A stretch of 27,308 nucleotides of DNA from a virus (lineage: Duplodnaviria; Caudoviricetes). Made by a program: the position numbers and the translations under genes. The notes beneath the pieces were generated by a model. That model was not told the origin of the DNA. It made no database searches and saw only the letters and a list, made by a program, of their open reading frames with translations. Location of the stretch: the IMG/VR virus record IMGVR_UViG_3300031578_009556, positions 1 through 27,308 of that record; one strand, written 5' to 3'. Below are positions 1-8,621 of the stretch, in pieces. The first letter of the stretch is position 1. Every line of letters begins with the position of its first letter.

Positions 1-1773
1 GGTCAACCAAGTGGGGCCAGCAATTTGATGATAAATAATATCTATCCCCGTTCTGCCAGCCAGTCCGGCACCAAAAGCGGGCTCCGGGCCAGCCCACTCA
101 AACCCAGAACCATCATCAATTCCAAGTTTCTCTCGGATAGATCCGGCTGCATTTTTAAATCCCCACTTGTAAGCAGGCTTATACAAACCATCCAGAACAT
201 GAATAAAAACAACTTGGCTTCCTTTCTCAGATAGAAACTCACTTTTTGTCGGAGAAAAGGGAGAATGCCAAAAGCCAGAAATTGCACTATTATTGACAGA
301 TACAATATTGCCAGCAAAGTTAAAATCGTCACATGCATAACCAAACCTGGCAAGGGCAACCAAAGTCCCCTTATCTGTTGCGGAAAACATCCCAGTAGGC
401 AAGGTATATTCAAGTATCGAATGCTCTGCCGCCCGATAATTGCCATATTCCTTTAAACTGAAATTATCAAAATCACCGCTGGAATTGACAGAGTTTGATT
501 TTAGTTCCAACCCACCGCTTGTCGGATACAGGGTAACAAAGTAAAAGACGTTTGTGCCATTCTCCGTGACCATGCCAAGTTTGTTTGCCGTGGCATAATC
601 CGTCAAATACCAACTGCCAACAATATTCGCAACATCAAACTGAATCCGATAAACCTTACACCGAGACATAGGAGCGCTTGCACCAGCCACATGACAGGAT
701 TGCAACCTCGCATCTGCTGTAATACTCAAATCTCCAGTTTCATCGTAGGCAAACAGCGGGTCAAAAATGTCATTTGACCAATTAGATGGAGCACTGAAGT
801 CTCTATCTGCCTGAACAATTATTAACTCAGCCCCTAATGCAATCCCATCATTATCAATATAACTGGTAGGAGCCAAAAGAGGAGCTCCATGAATGCCTGA
901 TGCAACTGTTCCCCATCCTTTTTCTAATTGGGGACAGTCGAAAACGGCAGAACCAATCGGGGTTCCGTCCGTAAATGTAGAACCGTCTGTGCTAATTGCA
1001 GCAGCCAAATTAAAAACAACCTGATTATTTCCACCTGTGTCTTTGTGAGCAAGCCAAACACGCCAAAAATTACCCGCATCCCTAATGCCGAAAGCATCAG
1101 GAACAAAACCAACCCGGCCCGTAACCACTCCCGTGTTAGTATTAACAATTATCATTACATGCTTAAAAACACCTCCCCAGAATTCAATGGCTACACAGGG
1201 AAATGATGTTGCCCCAACCGTCTTTTTGATATAAACAGAACCAATATAATTTTCATTCGACGGATCGATATCAACAACTTGACAACGTCCTTCATTGTTG
1301 GCTGCACTATCATCCTCAAGCGTCCATGCCTTATTTGCTGCCCCGTCAACCCCCATTTCGTTTTGTGTTTCCGTGCAAGTCCCCGCCCCTATCTCTGCCC
1401 AGGGAGCAGTTGTAAAATTCCTAGATTGCAAAAGAAGGTTAATACTGTTAGGCTCCAACAGCAACCCTGCCGGAGGTGCAAAACTATAATCAATCACAGG
1501 GGCATCGGCCCCGGCAACCTTCAAAAGACCATCCTCGTCAAGGTAAGTCCTCGTCAAACCCGCATAGGTCAACGCCCCCTGATCCAACCCCTTACAGCCA
1601 AACCAGGGGACAATCTGGCGAAAGAATGGAAATAGTGCCTTGAGGCCAGGCGGCTTGCGAAAGGCATTCAGGGTCACGGGGTTTGCCTGCGTCTCTGCAT
1701 CTATATCCATATAGGCTCCCCGGTTCCCAAATTGAGGCTCGGCATTAACTGAAAGATTATGCATTGTGTGCAT
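1..1773 (-). CDS. Virion head-spike/fibre-like protein, partial (at least 591 aa, runs off the left edge; not in the ORF track)
   Basis: Manual translation from the ATG at 1773 (TAATG overlap with the upstream stop) is open to position 1. It contains TRTYLDEDGLLKVAGADAPVIDY...GLLLEPNSINLLLQSRNFTTAPW and QLEKG...PTSYI, motifs typical of phage head-spike-fibre/carbohydrate-binding-fold virion proteins. Confidence 0.8.
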   Translation of the reverse strand, partial: MHTMHNLSVNAEPQFGNRGAYMDIDAETQANPVTLNAFRKPPGLKALFPFFRQIVPWFGCKGLDQGALTYAGLTRTYLDEDGLLKVAGADAPVIDYSFAPPAGLLLEPNSINLLLQSRNFTTAPWAEIGAGTCTETQNEMGVDGAANKAWTLEDDSAANNEGRCQVVDIDPSNENYIGSVYIKKTVGATSFPCVAIEFWGGVFKHVMIIVNTNTGVVTGRVGFVPDAFGIRDAGNFWRVWLAHKDTGGNNQVVFNLAAAISTDGSTFTDGTPIGSAVFDCPQLEKGWGTVASGIHGAPLLAPTSYIDNDGIALGAELIIVQADRDFSAPSNWSNDIFDPLFAYDETGDLSITADARLQSCHVAGASAPMSRCKVYRIQFDVANIVGSWYLTDYATANKLGMVTENGTNVFYFVTLYPTSGGLELKSNSVNSSGDFDNFSLKEYGNYRAAEHSILEYTLPTGMFSATDKGTLVALARFGYACDDFNFAGNIVSVNNSAISGFWHSPFSPTKSEFLSEKGSQVVFIHVLDGLYKPAYKWGFKNAAGSIREKLGIDDGSGFEWAGPEPAFGAGLAGRTGIDIIYHQIAGPTWLT

Positions 1774-2168
1774 TACCCCACTTCCTGTGTTATTGCCCAG
1801 CCGGAAATCTCAATGCCATAAACATTTGTCGCCGACATTGGCATTGCAATTGACAGAGTATCGCCAGGATGAAAAAAACGAGGAGGATGTGCTTGGTAAA
1901 GCAGATCTCGAACCCCCAGCATAGCCTGAGAAATTATGATCTCATTATATGCGCTGTCAATATGATGAGAAAGAGTAACGACAAAACTCACAATAGAAAC
2001 GTGTACTGTTGATAGATGCAAACGGATCTTATCCAATATGAAAGCATATGAAGGGGCAAACTGTTCATCCATTGTGTCATCCCAGGCGGCAATAGGGTTT
2101 CCATCAGTAGCGAAAAATGAGAAATATCTATGTCTTGAGACTGGCAAATATTTCGATTCGAAGGTCAC
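1773..2168 (-). CDS. Hypothetical 131-aa beta-rich protein, possibly a virion spike base or decoration protein
   Basis: GTG start downstream of GGGGAG; translationally coupled to the fibre gene; alternating hydrophobic beta-strand pattern. The function is inferred from position only. Confidence 0.6.
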   Translation of the reverse strand: MTFESKYLPVSRHRYFSFFATDGNPIAAWDDTMDEQFAPSYAFILDKIRLHLSTVHVSIVSFVVTLSHHIDSAYNEIIISQAMLGVRDLLYQAHPPRFFHPGDTLSIAMPMSATNVYGIEISGWAITQEVG

Positions 2169-2244
2169 ATCATTATCTCCCCTATTAAAATTTAATTCTC
2201 CACTTTATAATTATATAATGAAAATCCCGAAAAAATTAAGTTTG

Positions 2245-2799
2245 TCAAGAAAATTCATCCCCAAACTCCTCAATGATTAAATCCTTCAACCCCGAAATCA
2301 TCAGGCTCACATTAGGAGGGGAGCAACCTCTCCAATCTGCAATCTCCTTTCCCAGATATCCATCCATCAAATAGGCAAGAAAATCATCCACTTCCTTCTT
2401 TCTCTTCCTTGTTCTGCCTTTATTTTTAAGTGAATTCTCTCTGACAAAATCCAGAATTTTGCAAACCAAGTCTTTATTGCAAAGCATCTGCTCTGTGCCA
2501 TCAGAAGCCAAATCAAGAGAATTGGAATAGTCATTAATATCAACCATAATTGGCATACTCCAAACCTCCTCTTTAATAAAGTTCATCACTACAAACTCAA
2601 CATTTCTAACAATCCACGTCTTTAATGTAGCCCCGAGGGTCTCATCATAACTATCAATTGCTGCAATCAAGGTTTCAGCAGCAACAGATAAGCAATCATC
2701 AAAGAAATGAAAAGGGAGGTTTTTGCTCCAACAAAGATTGAAGGCAATTCCCCTGGCATAAGGGAGGTGTTCAAGGATAAGGTCTTGTCGAGTAGGCAT
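2245..2799 (-). CDS. Phage-encoded sigma-70-family RNA polymerase sigma factor (regions 2 and 4)
   Basis: LILEHLPYARGIA...DDCLSVAAETLIAAIDSYDETLGATLKTW resembles region 2; GYLGKEIADWRGCSPPNVSLMI resembles the region 4 HTH. Confidence 0.8.
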   Translation of the reverse strand: MPTRQDLILEHLPYARGIAFNLCWSKNLPFHFFDDCLSVAAETLIAAIDSYDETLGATLKTWIVRNVEFVVMNFIKEEVWSMPIMVDINDYSNSLDLASDGTEQMLCNKDLVCKILDFVRENSLKNKGRTRKRKKEVDDFLAYLMDGYLGKEIADWRGCSPPNVSLMISGLKDLIIEEFGDEFS

Positions 2800-2814
2800 C
2801 TGATTGGTCCCTCT

Positions 2815-3462
2815 CTATGAGACTACCTTGCCGATTTTGGATGCCATTTCAAGTAATTTGTTTTGATCAAACCCACTCGATGCCTTGGCCTGAGTGTTCT
2901 TGTCCACAGATCTGGCAAGAGTGTAACCGGTAAAGGAAGTCATAAAAGCCCCCCAAAGAGTTGCGCCCTGCCACAATATCATACTCGTGATCAGTTTCAA
3001 CAATTCTGTGTCAACCTTCAGCCATCCCATAAGACAGACAAGAACAGGAGTTCCAATTGTATAACTTATGCTCGTCTTACCAAGCAAAGTCATCATCTTG
3101 GGCCTGGCCTGCCGAACAACAGGGTCGTCACTCAGTAAAGCTGTCTTGATAACGTCCCGGCCCCCGGCCACATCATCATAATCAAGTTTCTTTTCTTTGT
3201 ACCCCAACTCGGCCAAACCGAGCTTTGTATCAGAAGCAATCCTTTGTTGCTCAATCTGCTGTTCTGGGGACAGGGGTTGTTTTGCAACCTCTCCCATGCC
3301 TTCAGTGACTTGAGCAATACCAGACTTGATCTTGGCCCCTGCGCTGCCCCCAACCAAATCTGCTATTGCATCTACCCCCGTCAAAATTGGTCCTAACCCA
3401 GGAACAAATTTCATAGCAACTTTCCCAGCCACCCCTAATGTTTTTAAAATGTCAAAGCTCAT
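2815..3462 (-). CDS. Putative holin (3TM/GTA-holin-like)
   Basis: Amphipathic N-terminus, a coiled segment, DDVAGGRD...SDDPVVRQARP, then two hydrophobic segments; AGGAG RBS. Confidence 0.6.
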   Translation of the reverse strand: MSFDILKTLGVAGKVAMKFVPGLGPILTGVDAIADLVGGSAGAKIKSGIAQVTEGMGEVAKQPLSPEQQIEQQRIASDTKLGLAELGYKEKKLDYDDVAGGRDVIKTALLSDDPVVRQARPKMMTLLGKTSISYTIGTPVLVCLMGWLKVDTELLKLITSMILWQGATLWGAFMTSFTGYTLARSVDKNTQAKASSGFDQNKLLEMASKIGKVVS

Positions 3463-3495
3463 GGTGTTTTCTCCTTTCTTTATTTCAATTTAAAA

Positions 3496-3630
3496 TCAAT
3501 AACTTCGCTGTCTATCAATCACTTTATTGCTTTTCCATCTTCTAGAAGTATTTTTCGCTAAACATCTTTTTAAATATCCAGCAAATCCCCACTTGCCTTT
3601 CCATTCTCGATATTTCTTTTTTGTTTTCAC
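3496..3630 (-). CDS. Small basic hypothetical protein (44 aa, not in track)
   Basis: GTG start after AAGGGA; MKTKKKYREWKGKWGFAGYLKRCLAKNTSRRWKSNKVIDRQRSY; fills the terL-holin gap. Confidence 0.45.
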   Translation of the reverse strand: MKTKKKYREWKGKWGFAGYLKRCLAKNTSRRWKSNKVIDRQRSY

Positions 3631-3654
3631 AATTAAATCCCTTAACAAAAATGT

Positions 3655-5076
3655 CTACCTCAAAGGCAGGGAAATTCCCGGCCTTCTCCTCCCCGGTTTC
3701 AAAACCTCATACCCAACTATTTGATCTTGATCCCATATCTCGATTACTTGCTCCCCTTCCTTTACATTGGCCGGGGGCTCTGGCCTGACATCCCTTGACC
3801 TATCATGATCAACGACTGAAATGCGGGGGGCAACTTGCATCTGCGGCATCTCGCCTTCTAATGCATAGCGGATATCATCAATATGATGATTATCTTTATC
3901 TGTAGGCACGTTCGTAGTCTCCCCCGTCCGCAACTTCTTCCATTGGTATTGCTGAAACTCATTTATAGTCTCCTGACAATTTCGGTCAATAATAATCTCG
4001 TGTTGCTGAAGGAATTGAATACCATGATGAACTGAATCCTTCCCTTTCTTTGCCCCTATTGCATTAATGTTATGATTGCGCAATTCCTGAATTGACTTTG
4101 GCTCCGCTGAATCGCAAACAACAATCTCCTTTCCAACAACCGGGGACAACCATTCAGCAATCATCGGGTTTGTGTACCCGTATTCATGCATCTCTTCAAA
4201 AATATAGATCTTCTTCCTCATCTTATCATAATGCAACCGATTGAAGGCCGCTGGCTCATCGGCAAAGCCAAAGTCTAGGCCATTCTTGATGCTGTCAAAA
4301 ATAGGGATCATACTGGAGAGGTCTTCAATCTTCCAATTAGTGAAGATAACCCCGCCGAGCACACCCCATTTGCCCAAAGTATAGACATCATAATGATAAG
4401 AACTTTTCTGGTTTTCAAGAATATCTTTGTCTGCCTGCTCCAAGAAACGGTTATCTTTATAAGTGGTATGCAAAATCAAAAGGCCGTCATCATGATAAAC
4501 TCGATCTCCCTCATGAAAACGGCCTTTGAAGTATTCTTGATGAATCCAGTGTGATTGTAATATCGGGTTAAACAGCAATGCCAGTCGCTTGGGTTTCTCT
4601 GCTTTCCCCCGCAACCGGATTTGAAGTTGTCTTATATCGTCTTGCTTGGTCTCCGTTGCCTCCTCAACAACAACATCGGTAATAACCCCCTTCTGAGGCA
4701 AAACGGATTTTAACTTTTGAACATCGTCCAGCCCCTCAAACAGTATTTGATAACCATTAATGCAGGTAATAGTCAACGTGGAGAGATTGATTCTGAAAAA
4801 CTTATTGAGATTCCAACTATCAATGATTTGTTTGACCTGGTTGAAAGTAGATGTGCTGGAGGTACGGGCAACATTCCTGATGATCAGATAATTGCGCCCC
4901 CCTTTGAGAAGATCCCTGACTGTCCTTTGACCAACAACAAAAGCAGACTTTCCGGCAGAAGCCCCTCCAAAGAAGATTTGTACACGAGTGTTATCTTCCA
5001 GATACGGAAGGTAAACTTCGTTAAAAGATTTCCTATCAAAGTTTATATTAAATTCTTGAATTTTTTGTTCTGCCAC
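3655..5076 (-). CDS. terL: Terminase large subunit, PBSX family
   Basis: Walker A GGASAGKS, Walker B VVVEEATE, FNP motif, and nuclease motifs GLDFGF, DSAEP and DNHHIDDIRYALE. Confidence 0.95.
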   Translation of the reverse strand: MAEQKIQEFNINFDRKSFNEVYLPYLEDNTRVQIFFGGASAGKSAFVVGQRTVRDLLKGGRNYLIIRNVARTSSTSTFNQVKQIIDSWNLNKFFRINLSTLTITCINGYQILFEGLDDVQKLKSVLPQKGVITDVVVEEATETKQDDIRQLQIRLRGKAEKPKRLALLFNPILQSHWIHQEYFKGRFHEGDRVYHDDGLLILHTTYKDNRFLEQADKDILENQKSSYHYDVYTLGKWGVLGGVIFTNWKIEDLSSMIPIFDSIKNGLDFGFADEPAAFNRLHYDKMRKKIYIFEEMHEYGYTNPMIAEWLSPVVGKEIVVCDSAEPKSIQELRNHNINAIGAKKGKDSVHHGIQFLQQHEIIIDRNCQETINEFQQYQWKKLRTGETTNVPTDKDNHHIDDIRYALEGEMPQMQVAPRISVVDHDRSRDVRPEPPANVKEGEQVIEIWDQDQIVGYEVLKPGRRRPGISLPLR

Positions 5077-5171
5077 TGAAAAACAACCTTTATATTTGGC
5101 CTACAATCAATGATCTCTCCCCCTTTAATATAACCCTATGCAGAAAGAATTTCGCATTGTTATTTTAAGGA

Positions 5172-5271
5172 TATAAGTTATTGATATCATTAACAAATTC
5201 AGCCCTACCCCTTTTTCTTAATTCTAACATGTCAAATAGAAAAATATATTCAATAATATCAATAAGTTATA
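5172..5271. promoter_or_regulatory. Pair of inverted IHF-consensus sites
   Basis: 5174-5186 (minus strand TATCAATAACTTA) and 5257-5269 (TATCAATAAGTTA) both match WATCAANNNNTTR; they are the cores of an 18/21 inverted repeat. Confidence 0.55.
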
Positions 5272-5347
5272 CCCTTTCTTTTTTACTTTTTTCTCTGTGT
5301 TCCCTTGCTTTCCTTTAATCTCTTCCCATTCTGTCATACAACTCATT

Positions 5348-5578
5348 TCAATGGCAAGAATACTTTGCCACCGGGTCTGCATCAATAGCAAAGTTCCGGC
5401 CATTCAACTGACGAATCTCTGATACTGCCAAGAAGGTTTCATTATCATTGTTGTCTTTAACGATTTCTCCTGTTGGTTCAAAAAGTCGAAAGCAATCCCC
5501 TTTCTTTAAACTTTCAAAACTGCACTCAATCCACTTCCCATCAACAACCTTTTCTGCCTTTCTAAATGATGTTTCCAT
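5348..5578 (-). CDS. Hypothetical protein (76 aa)
   Basis: Starts 1 nt after the terS stop (TGAAATG) with a GAGGAGG RBS; protein-like composition. Confidence 0.75.
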   Translation of the reverse strand: METSFRKAEKVVDGKWIECSFESLKKGDCFRLFEPTGEIVKDNNDNETFLAVSEIRQLNGRNFAIDADPVAKYSCH

Positions 5579-5579
5579 T

Positions 5580-6254
5580 TCAATCCTCCTCCTCTACCCA
5601 CCCAACATTGATCTGCACCGGGGCATTGAAATTGAACTTGCCCCCGCCGCCCTGCTGTGCATTATCTTTTTCAAACATCCCTAGGTGCCGGGCAAGGGAG
5701 TCGAGAGTTTCTCTCTTGTTCGGGAATTTTATATCTTGCAAGAACATTTCTGTTGTTTTCTCCCCCTGTTTGGAAGTAGATGTGGATTTGCTCTTCATGT
5801 TCTTAAAACTTTGAATGGCATACAGGGCATTCTTAGGGATTTGACTCAAAGGTTTTAAATTACCCTCCTCATCATAGATCTCATCGATGTGAAATTCAAT
5901 CAACCGTTTGTATCTTTCAATAACCCATTCTTGAGTAACCTCTGCCTTGGCTTGCAACTTGTCACGTTGGTGTTGGACTGCTGCTTGAACCTTTATTAAA
6001 CTTAATAGTTGGGATGCTTTCGATTCAGCACTCTTTGGGGCATACCCCGCTCGAATTGCAGCCTGTTTTCCATTCAAATCCTTCAGGTACTCATCAACAA
6101 ATTTAGCTTGCAAAAACGTTAAACTTCCATTCCCATTCCCTCTCCCCCCATTATTGTCATTGGAAACAGTTATCGTTTTAATCTTTGAAGTGTCATTAGC
6201 AGGCTTCTTATTGTTGGGGGCATTGGGTGGGGCAGTGCGTCTAAAGCGTGGCAT
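5580..6254 (-). CDS. terS: Terminase small subunit
   Basis: LTFLQAKFVDEYLKDLNGKQAAIRAGYAPKSAESKASQLL is the classic TerS HTH; SLARHLGMF near the C-terminus; lies upstream of terL. Confidence 0.95.
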   Translation of the reverse strand: MPRFRRTAPPNAPNNKKPANDTSKIKTITVSNDNNGGRGNGNGSLTFLQAKFVDEYLKDLNGKQAAIRAGYAPKSAESKASQLLSLIKVQAAVQHQRDKLQAKAEVTQEWVIERYKRLIEFHIDEIYDEEGNLKPLSQIPKNALYAIQSFKNMKSKSTSTSKQGEKTTEMFLQDIKFPNKRETLDSLARHLGMFEKDNAQQGGGGKFNFNAPVQINVGWVEEED

Positions 6255-6429
6255 ATGTATTGTGTGAATCCTTTGTTAAAGGTTCCCTATAGTCCCTATT
6301 TAAATATATTTTGGGGAAAAAATAAAGGAAAAATAAAGATTTTTTTTAAAAAAAATAGAGGGGGTCTGTAACTTATTGAAATCATTGTAATGTTTTTTTA
6401 TCTCTTTTTACTTTATTCCCTTTTTTTTC

Positions 6430-6458
6430 TTGACTTTCTTATTTAAAGATATTATATT
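6430..6458 (+). promoter_or_regulatory. Sigma-70-type promoter for the rightward early operon
   Basis: TTGACT (6430-6435), 17-nt spacer, TATATT (6453-6458), with an AT-rich upstream tract and GGAGGGAG RBS at 6501. Confidence 0.7.
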
Positions 6459-6512
6459 ATAGATAACATGTTTGAAGGACTATTTTATTAATCTTAAACT
6501 GGAGGGAGAGAG

Positions 6513-6761
6513 ATGAAAAAATATGATTTTATGAACGAAACAGTTGCTATTGAAAATTATGAATTTCCAAAAAACAGCAACCAGGAGGTAATGGCCAAAA
6601 ATCTTGGAGCCACGAGAATTTTACATTGGTCCCACGACAGCAGAGGCCGCCTACCGAACTATGTCATGACGTCAATCAATGCTCATGGATATACGGTAGA
6701 AAAAATTGGATATACTACCTATGTATCCAATACATTTGGTTTAATTCCTAAAAAATCGTAA
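6513..6761 (+). CDS. Hypothetical early protein (82 aa)
   Basis: Strong RBS; first ORF after the promoter. Confidence 0.75.
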   Translation: MKKYDFMNETVAIENYEFPKNSNQEVMAKNLGATRILHWSHDSRGRLPNYVMTSINAHGYTVEKIGYTTYVSNTFGLIPKKS

Positions 6762-6800
6762 CCCCCAGGCCCGCCGGAGCCTATCCGGCAGGGAGGGAAG

Positions 6801-7106
6801 ATGAGAGTATATAAAAACAAATACTACATTTTAAGGGAACATCCAGGTATCTCAGGTTTTCAGCAATGGGATAAATGGGAATACAGAGTAGCAACAGGTT
6901 GGAAAGCCACTCATTACAAATTAAGCATAGTGGAACAACTTCTCGCTAATGGCCGAGGCCAATTTCGATTAGAAAATGGGTACTTCCCGGAATATCAGCC
7001 AGTAGTGAAAGAGAAAGAAATATATGATTGGCTTGATAAAGAAAGATATGCAACGGCCTACATTTTGAATCCTGAAGTTTATGGTTTAAAAACAACAATC
7101 AAATGA
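6801..7106 (+). CDS. Hypothetical protein, paralog A of 9812-10141
   Basis: GGAGG RBS; 62/98 aa identical without gaps to the ORF at 9812. Confidence 0.9.
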   Translation: MRVYKNKYYILREHPGISGFQQWDKWEYRVATGWKATHYKLSIVEQLLANGRGQFRLENGYFPEYQPVVKEKEIYDWLDKERYATAYILNPEVYGLKTTIK

Positions 7107-7390
7107 AAGGAAGAGAAAACTTGACAGAAAATGAGCAAATGAAAAGACTGGCTGAAGCTATGATGGCCAGAGACAAGGTTTTCAAACCCGTCATCACAGA
7201 AACCCAAATCAAAGCAAAGGGCGTGTTTTGGTGCTGCCGCAATACAGAACGAATCTATGCTAAAGTCTGCATCAATAGGCAAGAGCAGGAAACAGAAGGC
7301 TGCATCAGATGCCAGCAAGGGAAATTAGTCAAAAGGTTAACAATCGAGAAATTACAATCCTCAAGACCAAAGAGGAAAAGAACAATATAA
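7103..7390 (+). CDS. Hypothetical Cys-rich protein (95 aa)
   Basis: ATGA overlap with the upstream gene; FWCC...VC...GCIRCQQG pattern. Confidence 0.75.
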   Translation: MKGRENLTENEQMKRLAEAMMARDKVFKPVITETQIKAKGVFWCCRNTERIYAKVCINRQEQETEGCIRCQQGKLVKRLTIEKLQSSRPKRKRTI

Positions 7391-7404
7391 ATAGGAGGAA
7401 GAAA

Positions 7405-7791
7405 ATGAGAAAGAAAATGAGACGAGAAACAGGGACGAAAACAATAAAAGAGATGGTTGATGCATTGATAGCCAACAGAGGCAAAATTAGGGCTCGACAA
7501 AATGAGATCATGGCGGCATTACCAAAAAAAGAACAAAACAGATATTGCCGCAATAGAGGGTGCCATGGAGGTTGGGTTACACCTGGAAACGGAGCATGGA
7601 CGCAAGCAGTAAATCGTACCCCTGGTTTTTACTCTGATAATTATTGGAGCGGATCAGCCCCCACTCCAAGTACTCAATATGAGTTAGCAGTAGCCGAATT
7701 TTTAGAGTCATTTTGTGAAAAAGGAAAAAACAAAGGACACCATACCAAACATATCAAAAAGGCCCAAGGAAAGGCCAGCCAAAAACACTAA
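7405..7791 (+). CDS. Hypothetical protein (start re-called at ATG 7405)
   Basis: AGGAGG RBS directly precedes ATG 7405; the low-complexity tail after 7720 may be out of frame (see findings). Confidence 0.7.
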   Translation: MRKKMRRETGTKTIKEMVDALIANRGKIRARQNEIMAALPKKEQNRYCRNRGCHGGWVTPGNGAWTQAVNRTPGFYSDNYWSGSAPTPSTQYELAVAEFLESFCEKGKNKGHHTKHIKKAQGKASQKH

Positions 7792-8012
7792 CAGACCAGG
7801 TCATTCGCCACCTAACAGAGGGGTTAAAGAAAACTGAACTGCCCTCCAAAAATAGATACAGAAAATTCACTGGCTCCGGCCCCGACTCCTTCTACTGGGT
7901 TGGCAAGAATGGGGCCGTGCGGGCAGGCAAGAACGCATCTGGATCGGTTAGCTTAACTGACAAAGTTCATGCCAATATGAGATTATGGGAAAAGGCAAAC
8001 GGATTATCATAA
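7719..8012 (+). CDS. Start-less 97-codon ORF in the -1 frame of the upstream gene (frameshifted gene or recoded extension)
   Basis: Open from 7719 to TAA 8010-8012, protein-like (KFTGSGPDSFYWVGKNGAVRAGKNASGSVSLTDKV); no ATG/GTG/TTG in frame before 7917. Confidence 0.6.
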   Translation, partial: KRKKQRTPYQTYQKGPRKGQPKTLTDQVIRHLTEGLKKTELPSKNRYRKFTGSGPDSFYWVGKNGAVRAGKNASGSVSLTDKVHANMRLWEKANGLS

Positions 8013-8043
8013 CCACTTAACAATCAAAAAAAGGAGAACAAAA

Positions 8044-8244
8044 ATGAAAGCACCAGAAACAAAACCAGAGGTCAAATTAGTAGGTGAAGACGGGAACGCT
8101 TTTGCCATTATGGGCAGAGTACAACGGGCATTAAAACAGGCCGGAGCAGACAAAGAGTACATAGAGCAATACCTCAACGAAGCAACGAGATGGGACTATA
8201 ACCATCTGCTCCAAGTCACAATGAACTATGTCGAAGTTGTTTAA
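8044..8244 (+). CDS. Conserved small phage hypothetical protein
   Basis: VKLVGEDGNAFAIMGRVQRALK...DYNHLL is a pattern I recognise from small phage proteins; AGGAG RBS. Confidence 0.85.
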   Translation: MKAPETKPEVKLVGEDGNAFAIMGRVQRALKQAGADKEYIEQYLNEATRWDYNHLLQVTMNYVEVV

Positions 8245-8310
8245 TTTTTGCCTTGCCCTTTCAGCAGAGAGGGTTGGGTTGAAATTAAAACTTAAAAGGA
8301 GGGAAAGGAA

Positions 8311-8460
8311 ATGAAAGGGACAAAAAGAAATGAAAGACGAATTCAAAAGGCAATTGATGAACTAATCAAAATCTGTGACGATGGAAAAGCTACATCTGAA
8401 GTTTTGCGTGTGCTTGACAGGTTGAGGGAACTAGAAACTCATTATTCAATGGAGGAATAA
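8311..8460 (+). CDS. Small helical hypothetical protein (49 aa, not in track)
   Basis: GGAGGGAAAGGA RBS; MKGTKRNERRIQKAIDELIKICDDGKATSEVLRVLDRLRELETHYSMEE. Confidence 0.65.
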   Translation: MKGTKRNERRIQKAIDELIKICDDGKATSEVLRVLDRLRELETHYSMEE

Positions 8461-8462
8461 AA

Positions 8463-8621
8463 ATGAAAATAATCTGCGCTTGGTGTAAAAAAATCATCGA
8501 AGAAGGAAAGGAGCCTGATGAAGAGTCAAGCCATGGCATCTGCCCTGAATGCTATGACAAAGAATTAGCAAAACTTAAAAAGGAGGAAAAGTATGAGAAT
8601 CTCAATTGGGGGGAAAACTGA
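8463..8621 (+). CDS. Small zinc-binding protein (52 aa, not in track)
   Basis: GGAGG RBS; MKIICAWCKK...SHGICPECY (CxxC...HxxCxxC). Confidence 0.8.
   Translation: MKIICAWCKKIIEEGKEPDEESSHGICPECYDKELAKLKKEEKYENLNWGEN

Noticed and set aside
42-446. 134-aa hydrophobic minus-strand ORF and the other short ORFs in 25-1635
   Set aside because: They are shadows of the long 1-1773 minus-strand frame, which carries recognisable motifs.
2215-2248. Minus-strand TTGACA paired with TATAAT as a sigma-70 promoter
   Set aside because: The spacing is about 27 nt, far from 17.
5224-5346. 40-codon minus-strand ORF after the 5348 gene
   Set aside because: Low-complexity sequence running into the IHF-like site, with no clear RBS or motif.
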